A DNA stretch of 53,009 nucleotides from an uncultured Candidatus Saccharibacteria bacterium (lineage in GTDB: Bacteria > Patescibacteriota > Dojkabacteria > SC72): NCBI GenBank assembly GCA_964543485.1, contig CAZIYI010000001.1, positions 1 to 53,009 on the forward strand, written 5' to 3'. Below are positions 1-8,141 of this stretch, in pieces. The notes beneath the pieces were generated by a model. That model worked only from the letters and a program-made list of their open reading frames with translations, made no database searches and was not told the DNA's origin. The position numbers and the translations under genes were made by a program. Each line of letters begins with the position of its first letter. Within the stretch, counting starts at the first letter, position 1.

Positions 1-233
1 TGGTTAACCTGTTAAAAGATTTTAGATTAAATGTATTGAAATTAGATTCATGGGACAAAGCAATAGTTACAGCTGGGGGAGTAAATATTAAAGAGATTGA
101 TTCTACTACTATGAAATCTAAGATTGTTGAGAATCTCTACTTTGCTGGAGAGATGATTGATGTTTACGGTCCAACAGGTGGATATAACCTACAGATATGC
201 TGGAGTACTGGTATTTTAGCTGCGAGGTCATAA
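1..233 (+). CDS. C-terminal fragment of HI0933/BaiN-like FAD flavoprotein (5' part outside window)
   Basis: The frame is open from nt 3 to the TAA at 231-233. The C-terminal motif VTAGGV...LYFAGEMIDVYGPTGGYNLQICWSTG is typical of the HI0933-like / aminoacetone-oxidase family. Confidence 0.7.
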   Translation, partial: VNLLKDFRLNVLKLDSWDKAIVTAGGVNIKEIDSTTMKSKIVENLYFAGEMIDVYGPTGGYNLQICWSTGILAARS

Positions 234-237
234 AGAT

Positions 238-1833
238 ATGAATGATTTTAAAGAAATATTTCAAAAGATAGGGGAGATAAAGGTGTGGAGAGAAAATACT
301 CTTCAAACAATATTAAAGAAATATCCTAAAAATGGTAAAGGATTATACAGACATGATGAGTTGGTAAAAGAGTATAAAGAATTAGTTAAGAACAAAGCCC
401 TTTTACCTAACAAGATAATAGAGGAAAGAATTAGGATGAAACCTACTAGAACTCACTCTGGAGTAGCTACTGTAACAGTACTAATGAAGCCCTTTACATG
501 CCCAGGGAAGTGTATATTCTGTCCTAATGAACCCAATATGCCAAAATCATATATATCCTCAGAGCCAGGCGCTCAAAGAGCTTTGAAAAACAATTTTGAT
601 CCGTACTTACAAACATACAACAGAATTAAAGCATTACAAAATATTGGGCATAATACAGATAAAATTGAATTGATAATACTTGGTGGTACATGTTCTACAT
701 ATCCAGAGGAATATATCATCTGGTTTGTCAAAAGGTGTTTTGAGGCAATGAATAGCTTTGGCAATATTAAATATTCTAAAGATGATGGTATTGAGAATAT
801 ATCTTGGGAAGAACTGTATAAAGCACAAAAGATAAATGAGAATACCGTATGTAGAAATGTTGGCTTAGTATTAGAAACTAGACCTGATTACATTACAAAA
901 GAAGAAGTCACTAGATTAAGAAAGTTAGGAGCAACAAAAATACAGATTGGAATCCAAAGTTTAGATGATAATATTCTTAAACTTAATATGAGGGGTCACG
1001 GTATTAAGGAAAGTAAAAAAGCTTTTGAATTACTTCGGCTAGCTGGATTTAAAATACATGCCCACTGGATGCCTAATCTATACGGTTCAACTGTTAAAAA
1101 AGACATTAAAGATTTTAAGAAACTTTGGGATAAAGATTTTCAACCAGACGAATTAAAGATATACCCTACATCTATAATAAAAAATACCCTTTTAGAGAGA
1201 TATTTTAATGAAGGTAAATACACACCCTTTACTCATGAGCAGTTACTTGACCTATTTGTAAATATTCTTCCAAATACACCAAGATATGTTAGATTAACAA
1301 GAATTATAAGAGATATACCTTCAGATGAAATATTAGCGGGTAACAAGAGTAGTAACTTTAGACAGATAGCAGAGAAAGAGATATTAAGACAGAACAAAAA
1401 GATACAAGATATTAGAAGCAGAGAGATTAAGGGTGAGAAAGTTTTATGGAATGATTTAGAGTTAGAAATTATTAAATACAAGACTTCTGTATCTAAAGAA
1501 TATTTTATTTCATACAAAACAAAAGATACAAATAGGATATGTTCTTTTCTTAGACTATCTATTCCATTAAAAGAAACATATATAGAGGAGTTAAAAAATT
1601 CGGCAATAATTAGAGAGGTACATGTATATGGGAATGTTGTTAATATTGGCAAAGAAAGTGATGGAGAATCGCAACATCTAGGTTTAGGTAAAAAGATGAT
1701 AGATACTGCAGAGCAGTTATCTATGATGGAAGGGTTTAACAAAATCTCTGTTATATCTGCAATTGGTACAAAAGAGTATTACAAAAAAAGAGGATTTCTC
1801 GAAGAGAATCTGTATATGTTTAAGAGGTTATAA
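238..1833 (+). CDS. elp3: Elp3-type tRNA uridine(34) modification enzyme (radical SAM + C-terminal GNAT acetyltransferase)
   Basis: 531-aa ORF. It has the radical SAM cluster motif CPGKCIFCPN preceded by SGVATVTVLMKP, then Elp3-like PKSYISSEPGAQRA...FDPYLQ...IELIILGGT. The C-terminal GNAT acetyl-CoA motif is QHLGLGKKMIDTAE. Confidence 0.85.
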   Translation: MNDFKEIFQKIGEIKVWRENTLQTILKKYPKNGKGLYRHDELVKEYKELVKNKALLPNKIIEERIRMKPTRTHSGVATVTVLMKPFTCPGKCIFCPNEPNMPKSYISSEPGAQRALKNNFDPYLQTYNRIKALQNIGHNTDKIELIILGGTCSTYPEEYIIWFVKRCFEAMNSFGNIKYSKDDGIENISWEELYKAQKINENTVCRNVGLVLETRPDYITKEEVTRLRKLGATKIQIGIQSLDDNILKLNMRGHGIKESKKAFELLRLAGFKIHAHWMPNLYGSTVKKDIKDFKKLWDKDFQPDELKIYPTSIIKNTLLERYFNEGKYTPFTHEQLLDLFVNILPNTPRYVRLTRIIRDIPSDEILAGNKSSNFRQIAEKEILRQNKKIQDIRSREIKGEKVLWNDLELEIIKYKTSVSKEYFISYKTKDTNRICSFLRLSIPLKETYIEELKNSAIIREVHVYGNVVNIGKESDGESQHLGLGKKMIDTAEQLSMMEGFNKISVISAIGTKEYYKKRGFLEENLYMFKRL

Positions 1834-1840
1834 TACTATT

Positions 1841-2731
1841 TTATTTTAGTGCATCTACCCCTGTTAAATCTATCTCTTTTTCATTACATTCATCTATCGC
1901 TTCAGAATATTGACACTCATTGAGAGTCAAAATACCATTTGTATAATCTACATCTAAGATATCGTAACTTATTTCAGTTTGATTGTCTGAACCTCTAATT
2001 GGAGTTACAATTTGTGTTACTTCACCACTTTCTAAATTTAAAACACTTATACCTGAAATAACTTCAGAATATTCACTCCCTATACTGCCACCACAATCCG
2101 TAAATATTAAATAATTCTCATCCCAAAGTATATATAAGTTCGAATATGTAGTACAGAAAGATTTCGACACATATCCCTGATTATCAATTAGATACGCCCC
2201 TTGCTCATTAGAGCTACCATAAGTCAGCAAGTAATATGACAAATCAGTATCAGCCAAATTATCAGAAACCTCTTCCAAACCTGTAAACTTGTGATAGAAA
2301 GAAATATTTTCAATAACAAATTCTTCTGATACCCGTGAATTATCAATAAATGCTACTTTTATATTTGCTACACAAGAATCAATATCATCACAAGTACCGT
2401 CCTCTGAATTAAAATCTCCCTCAACTTCATCTAAAATTTTCACAACAGCCAGCTCTTTAACAGGAAAATTCCCCTCTAAGAGAGATGTAATAGAGTCATC
2501 TGAATTTGATTCCTCGGTTAATAATTCCGAATCAGGAGCAAAATACTGTTTATATACATAGTATCCACCCATACCTAGTATTAAAACTAAAAGTATTCCT
2601 ACAATTACTGGAAATACCTTACTTTTTTCTGTTTTTGGTTTCTCTCCTAAATCCTCTGCAGATATATTTGGAGCATCTACCTGTTCAACAGAAGATATGA
2701 AATCAGATAACGGTCTTTGATTCTCAGCCAT
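1841..2731 (-). CDS. hypothetical single-pass membrane protein with large extracytoplasmic domain
   Basis: 296-aa ORF with a short charged N-terminus and one TM helix (VFPVIVGILLVLILGMGGYYVY). The rest is acidic and Cys-containing. I recognise no family motif. Confidence 0.55.
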   Translation of the reverse strand: MAENQRPLSDFISSVEQVDAPNISAEDLGEKPKTEKSKVFPVIVGILLVLILGMGGYYVYKQYFAPDSELLTEESNSDDSITSLLEGNFPVKELAVVKILDEVEGDFNSEDGTCDDIDSCVANIKVAFIDNSRVSEEFVIENISFYHKFTGLEEVSDNLADTDLSYYLLTYGSSNEQGAYLIDNQGYVSKSFCTTYSNLYILWDENYLIFTDCGGSIGSEYSEVISGISVLNLESGEVTQIVTPIRGSDNQTEISYDILDVDYTNGILTLNECQYSEAIDECNEKEIDLTGVDALK

Positions 2732-2883
2732 TATATTTAAAATGATAACTTAACATACTTGATATATTAAATATACATTACATCTCTAATAAATAATTGT
2801 AAAGGATTGAGGGTTGATGTACATAAAGAAATCACATACATTGTACTGTATAATTTTAAAATAACTTTAACAAAATATAATAA

Positions 2884-3336
2884 ATGGATCTTTTCAAAGG
2901 TAGTAAATTAAACATAAGCCCATTCCAACCACAAACGCTTCATCCAGATGATTTTCATAAATTCCCACAACCAGTTCCTAATAGTGTGATATTTGCTTCT
3001 GAATCAGAAACTAAGGCAAAAATCTTTGCAACCTTCTCTGGAATTATCTCCTTTGGAACATCCTCTACTTCCCAAAAACCTGGTATAACAGTAACTCTAG
3101 AAGATGAAATAGTACCAGAAACATTAAAAGAAAAAGTATATCTATATAAATTTGATTCAGAAAATGAAGGATGGAAATATCTTCCAGAAACAAAAGAATG
3201 GTACAACACACAGGAACAAATACCCATAGAGATGAAAGAATATACCAGAGAAGATTTATACAAAGAGTTAAGGGAAAACAAAGAGATAACGTTTAAAGAG
3301 GAATTTGAAGAAAAAGAAAGATTCCCTATTAGTTAA
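2884..3336 (+). CDS. hypothetical protein
   Basis: 150-aa ORF filling an otherwise empty interval, with an acidic C-terminus and no recognisable motif. Confidence 0.45.
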   Translation: MDLFKGSKLNISPFQPQTLHPDDFHKFPQPVPNSVIFASESETKAKIFATFSGIISFGTSSTSQKPGITVTLEDEIVPETLKEKVYLYKFDSENEGWKYLPETKEWYNTQEQIPIEMKEYTREDLYKELRENKEITFKEEFEEKERFPIS

Positions 3337-3341
3337 CAATA

Positions 3342-3414
3342 TGGGTGTACAGGGGCTCGAACCCTGAACCTAACGATTAAGAGTCGTTTGCTCTACCAAT
3401 TGAGCTATACACCC
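3342..3414 (-). tRNA. tRNA-Lys (anticodon CUU)
   Basis: The reverse complement folds as a cloverleaf. Acceptor GGGTGTA/TACACCC, D-arm GCTC-AATTGGTA-GAGC, anticodon arm AACGA-CTCTTAA-TCGTT (CTT at 34-36), T-arm CAGGG-TTCGAGC-CCCTG, discriminator A. No CCA is encoded. Confidence 0.93.
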
Positions 3415-3469
3415 ATATATATATGTATAAACAAAGAATAATACCAGTAGAATACATATTTTTCAATAT

Positions 3470-5539
3470 TTACCCCTTCTCTATCTCTGAAATAACAATA
3501 TCTTTTACAATCCACTCCTGTTTCTTTTCAATCAATATCTCACTATCCCCCTCTATACTCTCCACCTTATACCCTGTATCCAAAACCTCTAACCTATACC
3601 TTCCCTCTCTAACTAACATCCTGTATCTACCTCTTGAATCGGTTACCCTCTTATTCACTAATCTTTCAAACTCCATTTCTCTTAATCCAACAATGATCCC
3701 TTCTATTGGATTTTTGTCTAAGTCAGTTACAATTCCGTATCTATCTCTTTTAAGAAATATCCCTCTCATCATTAAGAAGAAAGAAGGTATGTAAAGTATC
3801 AATATTAGGAATGTTAACCAGTATGGATTTTTAGAAAACAGATATACCGCTAATGTAAAACCAACCACAAATATCAATACATGCAAAATATTTATTAAGA
3901 TTTTAACCCTACCCCATACAATCTCTCTGAAAATCTTAAACCTTGAAGCTTCCTTTGGATCAAGAGGAATTGCAATATTAAGTTCTCTATCACCCCTATT
4001 CAGAAAATACTCACCATGATATACATTGATTAAAGGGTAATCCTCTTTGCCAAAGACAATATTCGACGGGAATGAGTAATCTTGAGCCCTAACCTCTATT
4101 CTGTATTTCCCATCCTCCAACCGAGCGACAAAATATCCATTAGAATCGGTTACATCAGACCAAACAATCTTTCCACTCTCATCATATATCCTAACAATTG
4201 CCTGGGGTACGGGCTCTTTAGTTAGCGCATTATATACATATCCCAAAGGTCTTGCCCCTGCTCTAAATCCTAACCAAGAGAGAAGGTTGATGATGAATTG
4301 GAGTATGAAGTAAGGGAGATTCAGAAGGGTTCCAATTGTAATAAAGAAGCCAGTAGTAATAGTAACTAAACTTGTAGTAGCTGTAATCCTTTCTAAATCT
4401 ACTATCTCCAATTGACCAACTGTTTCATCTAAACGGTTCCCAATATCCTCTACCACCTTTTCAACCTGATCAATAATGGATGGTTTTGTTGGAACTATTT
4501 CTCCCTTAGGAATAGTTAACTGGATATTACACTCCCTTGTTATATTTCCTGCCGAATCTCTTGCCTCAACACAAAATTCATAACTCTCTCTCAAATATGC
4601 ACCCGATACTCTCTCTAAATCTCCTAACTTTATTTTAACAACAAGGTTATCACCCTCCATATTGTAATCAGAACTACACTGATATGTTTCATCCTTAGAA
4701 TTTACACACAAAAAAGTTACCTGATCTAATTCTAGGTTATCTGTAACTTTAAATATCATCTCTACAACGTAATTAGAATCCCAATCAACAGTATCATTCT
4801 CTCCAACACTCCCAATATCTACAATCTCTATAACTGGTGGCTGAGCATCTTGCACACTAAATACACTGTTTGACCAAGCACTTTGACCTCCATAGATATT
4901 CTTTGCCTTAACTCTATAAAAGTACATTTTTTCATTTTCTAAATTTGTAAATTGATTTGATGTATTTGATATCCAACCAGAGTTTGCTGTAATACTTGAG
5001 AAATTTGGATCCTCACTTACCTCTACGTAGTATTGATAACCAGAGCCCAAATTGTTCCAAAGTACTGTATTTGTAGTACCCTTTGTATAGTAGGGTTCTG
5101 GTAAAAATACCGGAACTGCAACAGGAACTACATACAGTGTTTTACAATTTTGAATAGTAATGTCATAGCCAAGTGTTGTATCTTTTGCACAGACAAGATA
5201 TGTTCCAGGTGTTGTAGCATATACACTACCAGTTGATATACCATTAGAATCAGTAACTGTGCTCGGTTGTGTAATATTTAGATTGGGATTTACGACAACT
5301 ACCGTTCTACCAGATATTCCAGTACCCGAAGGGGAGAGTATTTTAATAGTTACAATACTGGGCTGATATACCTCAACTGTTATAGGAGTTAAATTAACTA
5401 CAGAATATATATCTACGGTAATTTGTCCTGTGACAGTAACCATCTCTGAATCTGCAGGATACATCTGCTGAGAGTTTGCAGAGTTTACAAAGAGAAAAAC
5501 AACAAACAGTATTGTAATTATGGCAGTTTTAAACCTCAT
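3470..5539 (-). CDS. large exported / multi-pass membrane protein with Ig- or FN3-like modules and two carboxypeptidase-regulatory-like beta-sandwich modules
   Basis: 689-aa ORF with a signal-like N-terminus (AIITILFVVFLFVNSANS). It has an FN3-like stretch (VLWNNLGSGYQYYVEV...YFYRVKAKN) and hydrophobic helices in the middle and near the C-terminus. Two segments resemble CarboxypepD_reg (VYNALTKEPVPQAIVRIYDESGK...TDSNGYFVARLEDGKYRIEV and VTDLDKNPIEGIIVGL...TDSRGRYRMLVREGRYRLEV). Confidence 0.6.
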   Translation of the reverse strand: MRFKTAIITILFVVFLFVNSANSQQMYPADSEMVTVTGQITVDIYSVVNLTPITVEVYQPSIVTIKILSPSGTGISGRTVVVVNPNLNITQPSTVTDSNGISTGSVYATTPGTYLVCAKDTTLGYDITIQNCKTLYVVPVAVPVFLPEPYYTKGTTNTVLWNNLGSGYQYYVEVSEDPNFSSITANSGWISNTSNQFTNLENEKMYFYRVKAKNIYGGQSAWSNSVFSVQDAQPPVIEIVDIGSVGENDTVDWDSNYVVEMIFKVTDNLELDQVTFLCVNSKDETYQCSSDYNMEGDNLVVKIKLGDLERVSGAYLRESYEFCVEARDSAGNITRECNIQLTIPKGEIVPTKPSIIDQVEKVVEDIGNRLDETVGQLEIVDLERITATTSLVTITTGFFITIGTLLNLPYFILQFIINLLSWLGFRAGARPLGYVYNALTKEPVPQAIVRIYDESGKIVWSDVTDSNGYFVARLEDGKYRIEVRAQDYSFPSNIVFGKEDYPLINVYHGEYFLNRGDRELNIAIPLDPKEASRFKIFREIVWGRVKILINILHVLIFVVGFTLAVYLFSKNPYWLTFLILILYIPSFFLMMRGIFLKRDRYGIVTDLDKNPIEGIIVGLREMEFERLVNKRVTDSRGRYRMLVREGRYRLEVLDTGYKVESIEGDSEILIEKKQEWIVKDIVISEIEKG

Positions 5540-5541
5540 TT

Positions 5542-6159
5542 TTAAATTTCTTCTATTACTTTTTTAATATATCTATCTAAACCATGAGTAAATTCTTTCT
5601 CAATATACGGATTGCTTCCTAATCTAACAGCTTTCCTCTTTTTACTGTAACAGTTTTTACACAGAAGAGCAAAAGAATCCAAATCAATATATTCTAAGTC
5701 TTTTTTACTACCACATACATCACAAGAAGAGAAATCTCCAAGATATCCCATCTCTTTAAGAAATATTACTCTAAACCTATTTATGCTCTCAATATCAAAA
5801 TTCTTTCTACATACACTCTCTAGCATATTAAAAACTTTCTCATTAGGATCACCTTCTTGAAGTATTTTATTTAGTATATCTAAGACCCTCTTAATATCAG
5901 TAATTCTATTTTTTAGTACATCAGTATCAGCCGAGTATGTAAGTTGTGACTCTGTAAGTAATGGTAATCCCTTCCCTTCGTAGAACGATATATCACAAAT
6001 ATTTAAGGTTTGCATATTACCCCTATTCTTGCTATTTATCTTTCTTAAACTTCTTGCAAAAAGAGTAAACTTCCCTGTATGTTTACCAAATACGGTTAGT
6101 ATCTTATCAGCTTCTGAGTAGTTGATAGATTTTAAAACGATAACATTATCCCTAGCCAT
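5542..6159 (-). CDS. recO: DNA repair/recombination protein RecO
   Basis: 205-aa ORF with an N-terminal OB-fold signature (VIVLKSINYSEADKILTVFGKHTGKFTLFARSLRK). The C-terminal Zn-finger pairs are CDVCGS...CKNC. Confidence 0.75.
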   Translation of the reverse strand: MARDNVIVLKSINYSEADKILTVFGKHTGKFTLFARSLRKINSKNRGNMQTLNICDISFYEGKGLPLLTESQLTYSADTDVLKNRITDIKRVLDILNKILQEGDPNEKVFNMLESVCRKNFDIESINRFRVIFLKEMGYLGDFSSCDVCGSKKDLEYIDLDSFALLCKNCYSKKRKAVRLGSNPYIEKEFTHGLDRYIKKVIEEI

Positions 6160-7340
6160 TAATCTTTTTTCCCTTGTAATATATCTTCAACATACCTTCT
6201 AGTTTTGTATTGGAAAATCTCTACTGCAAAATTAGCCGCCTGTTTTCTACATCCATCTGGTTGAAAATTTTTCTCATTAAATGTCTTTAATATCTTTGAC
6301 AACTCTTTGTAATCATACTTGTCAAAAAATACTCCAGTTTTGGGATTACCATCTGAAACTGTTTCAAGAACCCCTCCATCTCTGTAGGCGATGACAGCAG
6401 TACCAGCAGCGTTGGCTTCAACAGGAACTATTCCAAAATCTTCTCCTTTTACTGGAAATACTAATGCTTTGGCCCTACCCAGTAATCCTGGTTTCTCTTC
6501 ATCAGAGTAATATCCCAAAAATTTTACATAACCCTTTGCATTTAATGTTCTAACTAACTCTTTCATTCTATCTAAATCCCCACCAATACCTGCAATTTTA
6601 AGAGGTACTTTTGCCTCACAAGCTGCTCTAACCGCTAGTTCTACCCCTTTATATGTTTCTACTCTACCTAAGTATAGATACCAGTTCTCCTTTTTAAACT
6701 TTTTAGTCTCACTACCTATCTCTTTGACTTCAACGGGTGGATATATTACATCTGCATCTATATCGTAATACTTTTTTATTCTTTCCTTAACTACGTTGGA
6801 TATGGCAATCATTGCATCAACCTTTCTTGCGGCGTTTCTATCCCATTTCTTCCATATATCTTCAAGAAATGTACCTATAAAAAAGGCATAGAATTTAAAG
6901 AGTGCTCTGTTTATTCCCTTTAACTGTTGATGATCTTTTAAGCTTCTACCTCTTTTCTCCCAAAAGAACTTAGGTGGAGACATACAGATGTTTACATGAG
7001 GTATATTACCTCTAACAAATTTCGCGAAACTAATAGATATGGAGACTATACCGTCATACCCTTTAAATCTAAAAGATCTGTAAGCTAGTGGTAAGAAAAG
7101 ATTGTAAAAATGTTTTAATTGAAATTTCCATGGTAAATACTGCATAAAGGATGTTTTAATATCAATATCTGGAAACTCCTTTTTAACGAAATCTCTATCA
7201 CAGTAAGCAGTAAAAAGTGTCTTCTTATTAAATGTTTTAAGTAAAAAACCTAAATGATTTTCAGCACCACCTTTTTTGTACAAAGGATCAGAGACAACTG
7301 CGATGTTATACACCCCTTTCTCTTGCATCTTCTTATCCAA
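6159..7340 (-). CDS. glycosyltransferase family 4 (GT-B, retaining)
   Basis: 393-aa ORF with the C-terminal GT4 signature EDFGIVPVEANAAGTAVIAYRDGGVLETV. Confidence 0.8.
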   Translation of the reverse strand: MDKKMQEKGVYNIAVVSDPLYKKGGAENHLGFLLKTFNKKTLFTAYCDRDFVKKEFPDIDIKTSFMQYLPWKFQLKHFYNLFLPLAYRSFRFKGYDGIVSISISFAKFVRGNIPHVNICMSPPKFFWEKRGRSLKDHQQLKGINRALFKFYAFFIGTFLEDIWKKWDRNAARKVDAMIAISNVVKERIKKYYDIDADVIYPPVEVKEIGSETKKFKKENWYLYLGRVETYKGVELAVRAACEAKVPLKIAGIGGDLDRMKELVRTLNAKGYVKFLGYYSDEEKPGLLGRAKALVFPVKGEDFGIVPVEANAAGTAVIAYRDGGVLETVSDGNPKTGVFFDKYDYKELSKILKTFNEKNFQPDGCRKQAANFAVEIFQYKTRRYVEDILQGKKD

Positions 7341-7412
7341 GAATATTATATATATGCTAATTATATCTCTTATTTATCTACACAGTAAGTACTTTGAAAA
7401 ACTTTAACGATA

Positions 7413-7904
7413 TTAAAGTTCAGGAAGACCCTCATCTCCAAAATCATCCATAGAGAAATCATCATCCTCTTTATCTAACTCCGCAACAATATCATCTAAA
7501 TCAGATAGGTCATCATCATGTTGTGTAATTTTTGTATCCGAATCTGAATCGTCTGGAAAAATTTCATCTAAAGAATCGACATCTTCAACTTCTGTATCAG
7601 TTACAAAGTGTTCATCTTCCCCTAATACAATTACATTGGATTCCTCTTCTTGATCAACATCTATATTGTTATTCTTACTTTCAGAACTACTTCCATTTGC
7701 TAATCTCTCTTCTACTTTTTTTATAAATTCTTCTGCATCATCTCCAAATTTCTCGACTACATCAATTACTCTCATTGGTTTACCACAATCAGGACAGAAT
7801 TGGATATGCTCTATTTCTTCACCACAGTTTTCGCATGAGAAGAATACTACATGTACACTATTTCTCTGAGGAACTATTTTTTTTGTCTCTTGTTTTTTGG
7901 TCAT
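7413..7904 (-). CDS. zinc-ribbon protein with long poly-acidic C-terminal tail
   Basis: 163-aa ORF. CENCGEEIEHIQFCPDCGKP forms a CxxC...CxxC ribbon. The C-terminal ~100 aa are dominated by D/E (DDSDSDTKITQHDDDLSDLDDIVAELDKEDDDFSMDDFGDE). Confidence 0.55.
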   Translation of the reverse strand: MTKKQETKKIVPQRNSVHVVFFSCENCGEEIEHIQFCPDCGKPMRVIDVVEKFGDDAEEFIKKVEERLANGSSSESKNNNIDVDQEEESNVIVLGEDEHFVTDTEVEDVDSLDEIFPDDSDSDTKITQHDDDLSDLDDIVAELDKEDDDFSMDDFGDEGLPEL

Positions 7905-8141
7905 GGTAATTGTTAATTACAGTATTCTAGAATATTACAATTTAGCAACATAGGTCAATGAACCTATAATATATCCTATATTAAGATGGAAGAAATACCA
8001 TTTGTACATAAAGATATACTCTTAATTAATATATGATATATTTAGGTATGATAAAGAAAGTAATAAGATTTCTAAACTCTTTAATTCATAAAGGGGGAAA
8101 GCCAGAAAAAGAGAGTGGGAGTAAGGGCAGTTCTTGGTAAA

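Noticed and set aside
1233-1742. Long antisense ORFs embedded in well-supported genes: 169 aa opposite elp3. Similar cases are 13708-14202 opposite the kinase, 29232-29645 opposite wzx, 34781-35236 opposite ugd, 48223-48663 opposite the wHTH regulator, and 9137-9726 opposite secA.
   Set aside because: All lie entirely inside genes whose translations carry strong family motifs. Their own translations are Ser/Leu/Ile/Phe-rich low-complexity strings without any motif. They are typical shadow ORFs produced by codon bias of the sense frame.
3342-3414. tRNA-Lys (and tRNA-Pro at 45004-45077) as attachment sites of an integrated element or genomic island.
   Set aside because: There is no integrase, recombinase or phage-like gene on either side. 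I could not find a direct repeat of either tRNA 3' end elsewhere in the window.
3423-3794. 123-aa plus-strand ORF next to tRNA-Lys.
   Set aside because: It overlaps the C-terminal coding part of the 689-aa minus-strand gene. Its product is a Ser/Leu/Pro/Ile low-complexity string, with no independent support.
7923-7934. Perfect 12-bp palindrome TATTCTAGAATA about 18 nt upstream of the zinc-ribbon gene start, as a possible operator.
   Set aside because: In ~53 kb of strongly AT-biased sequence, many 12-bp AT-rich palindromes are expected by chance. There is no second copy or partner regulator gene adjacent.
8048-8140. 30-aa small ORF (MIKKVIRFLNSLIHKGGKPEKESGSKGSSW) in the 237-nt gap downstream of secA.
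   Set aside because: It has no Shine-Dalgarno sequence, no recognisable motif and no conservation evidence, and its length is within chance expectation. The purine-rich stretch there could equally be non-coding.
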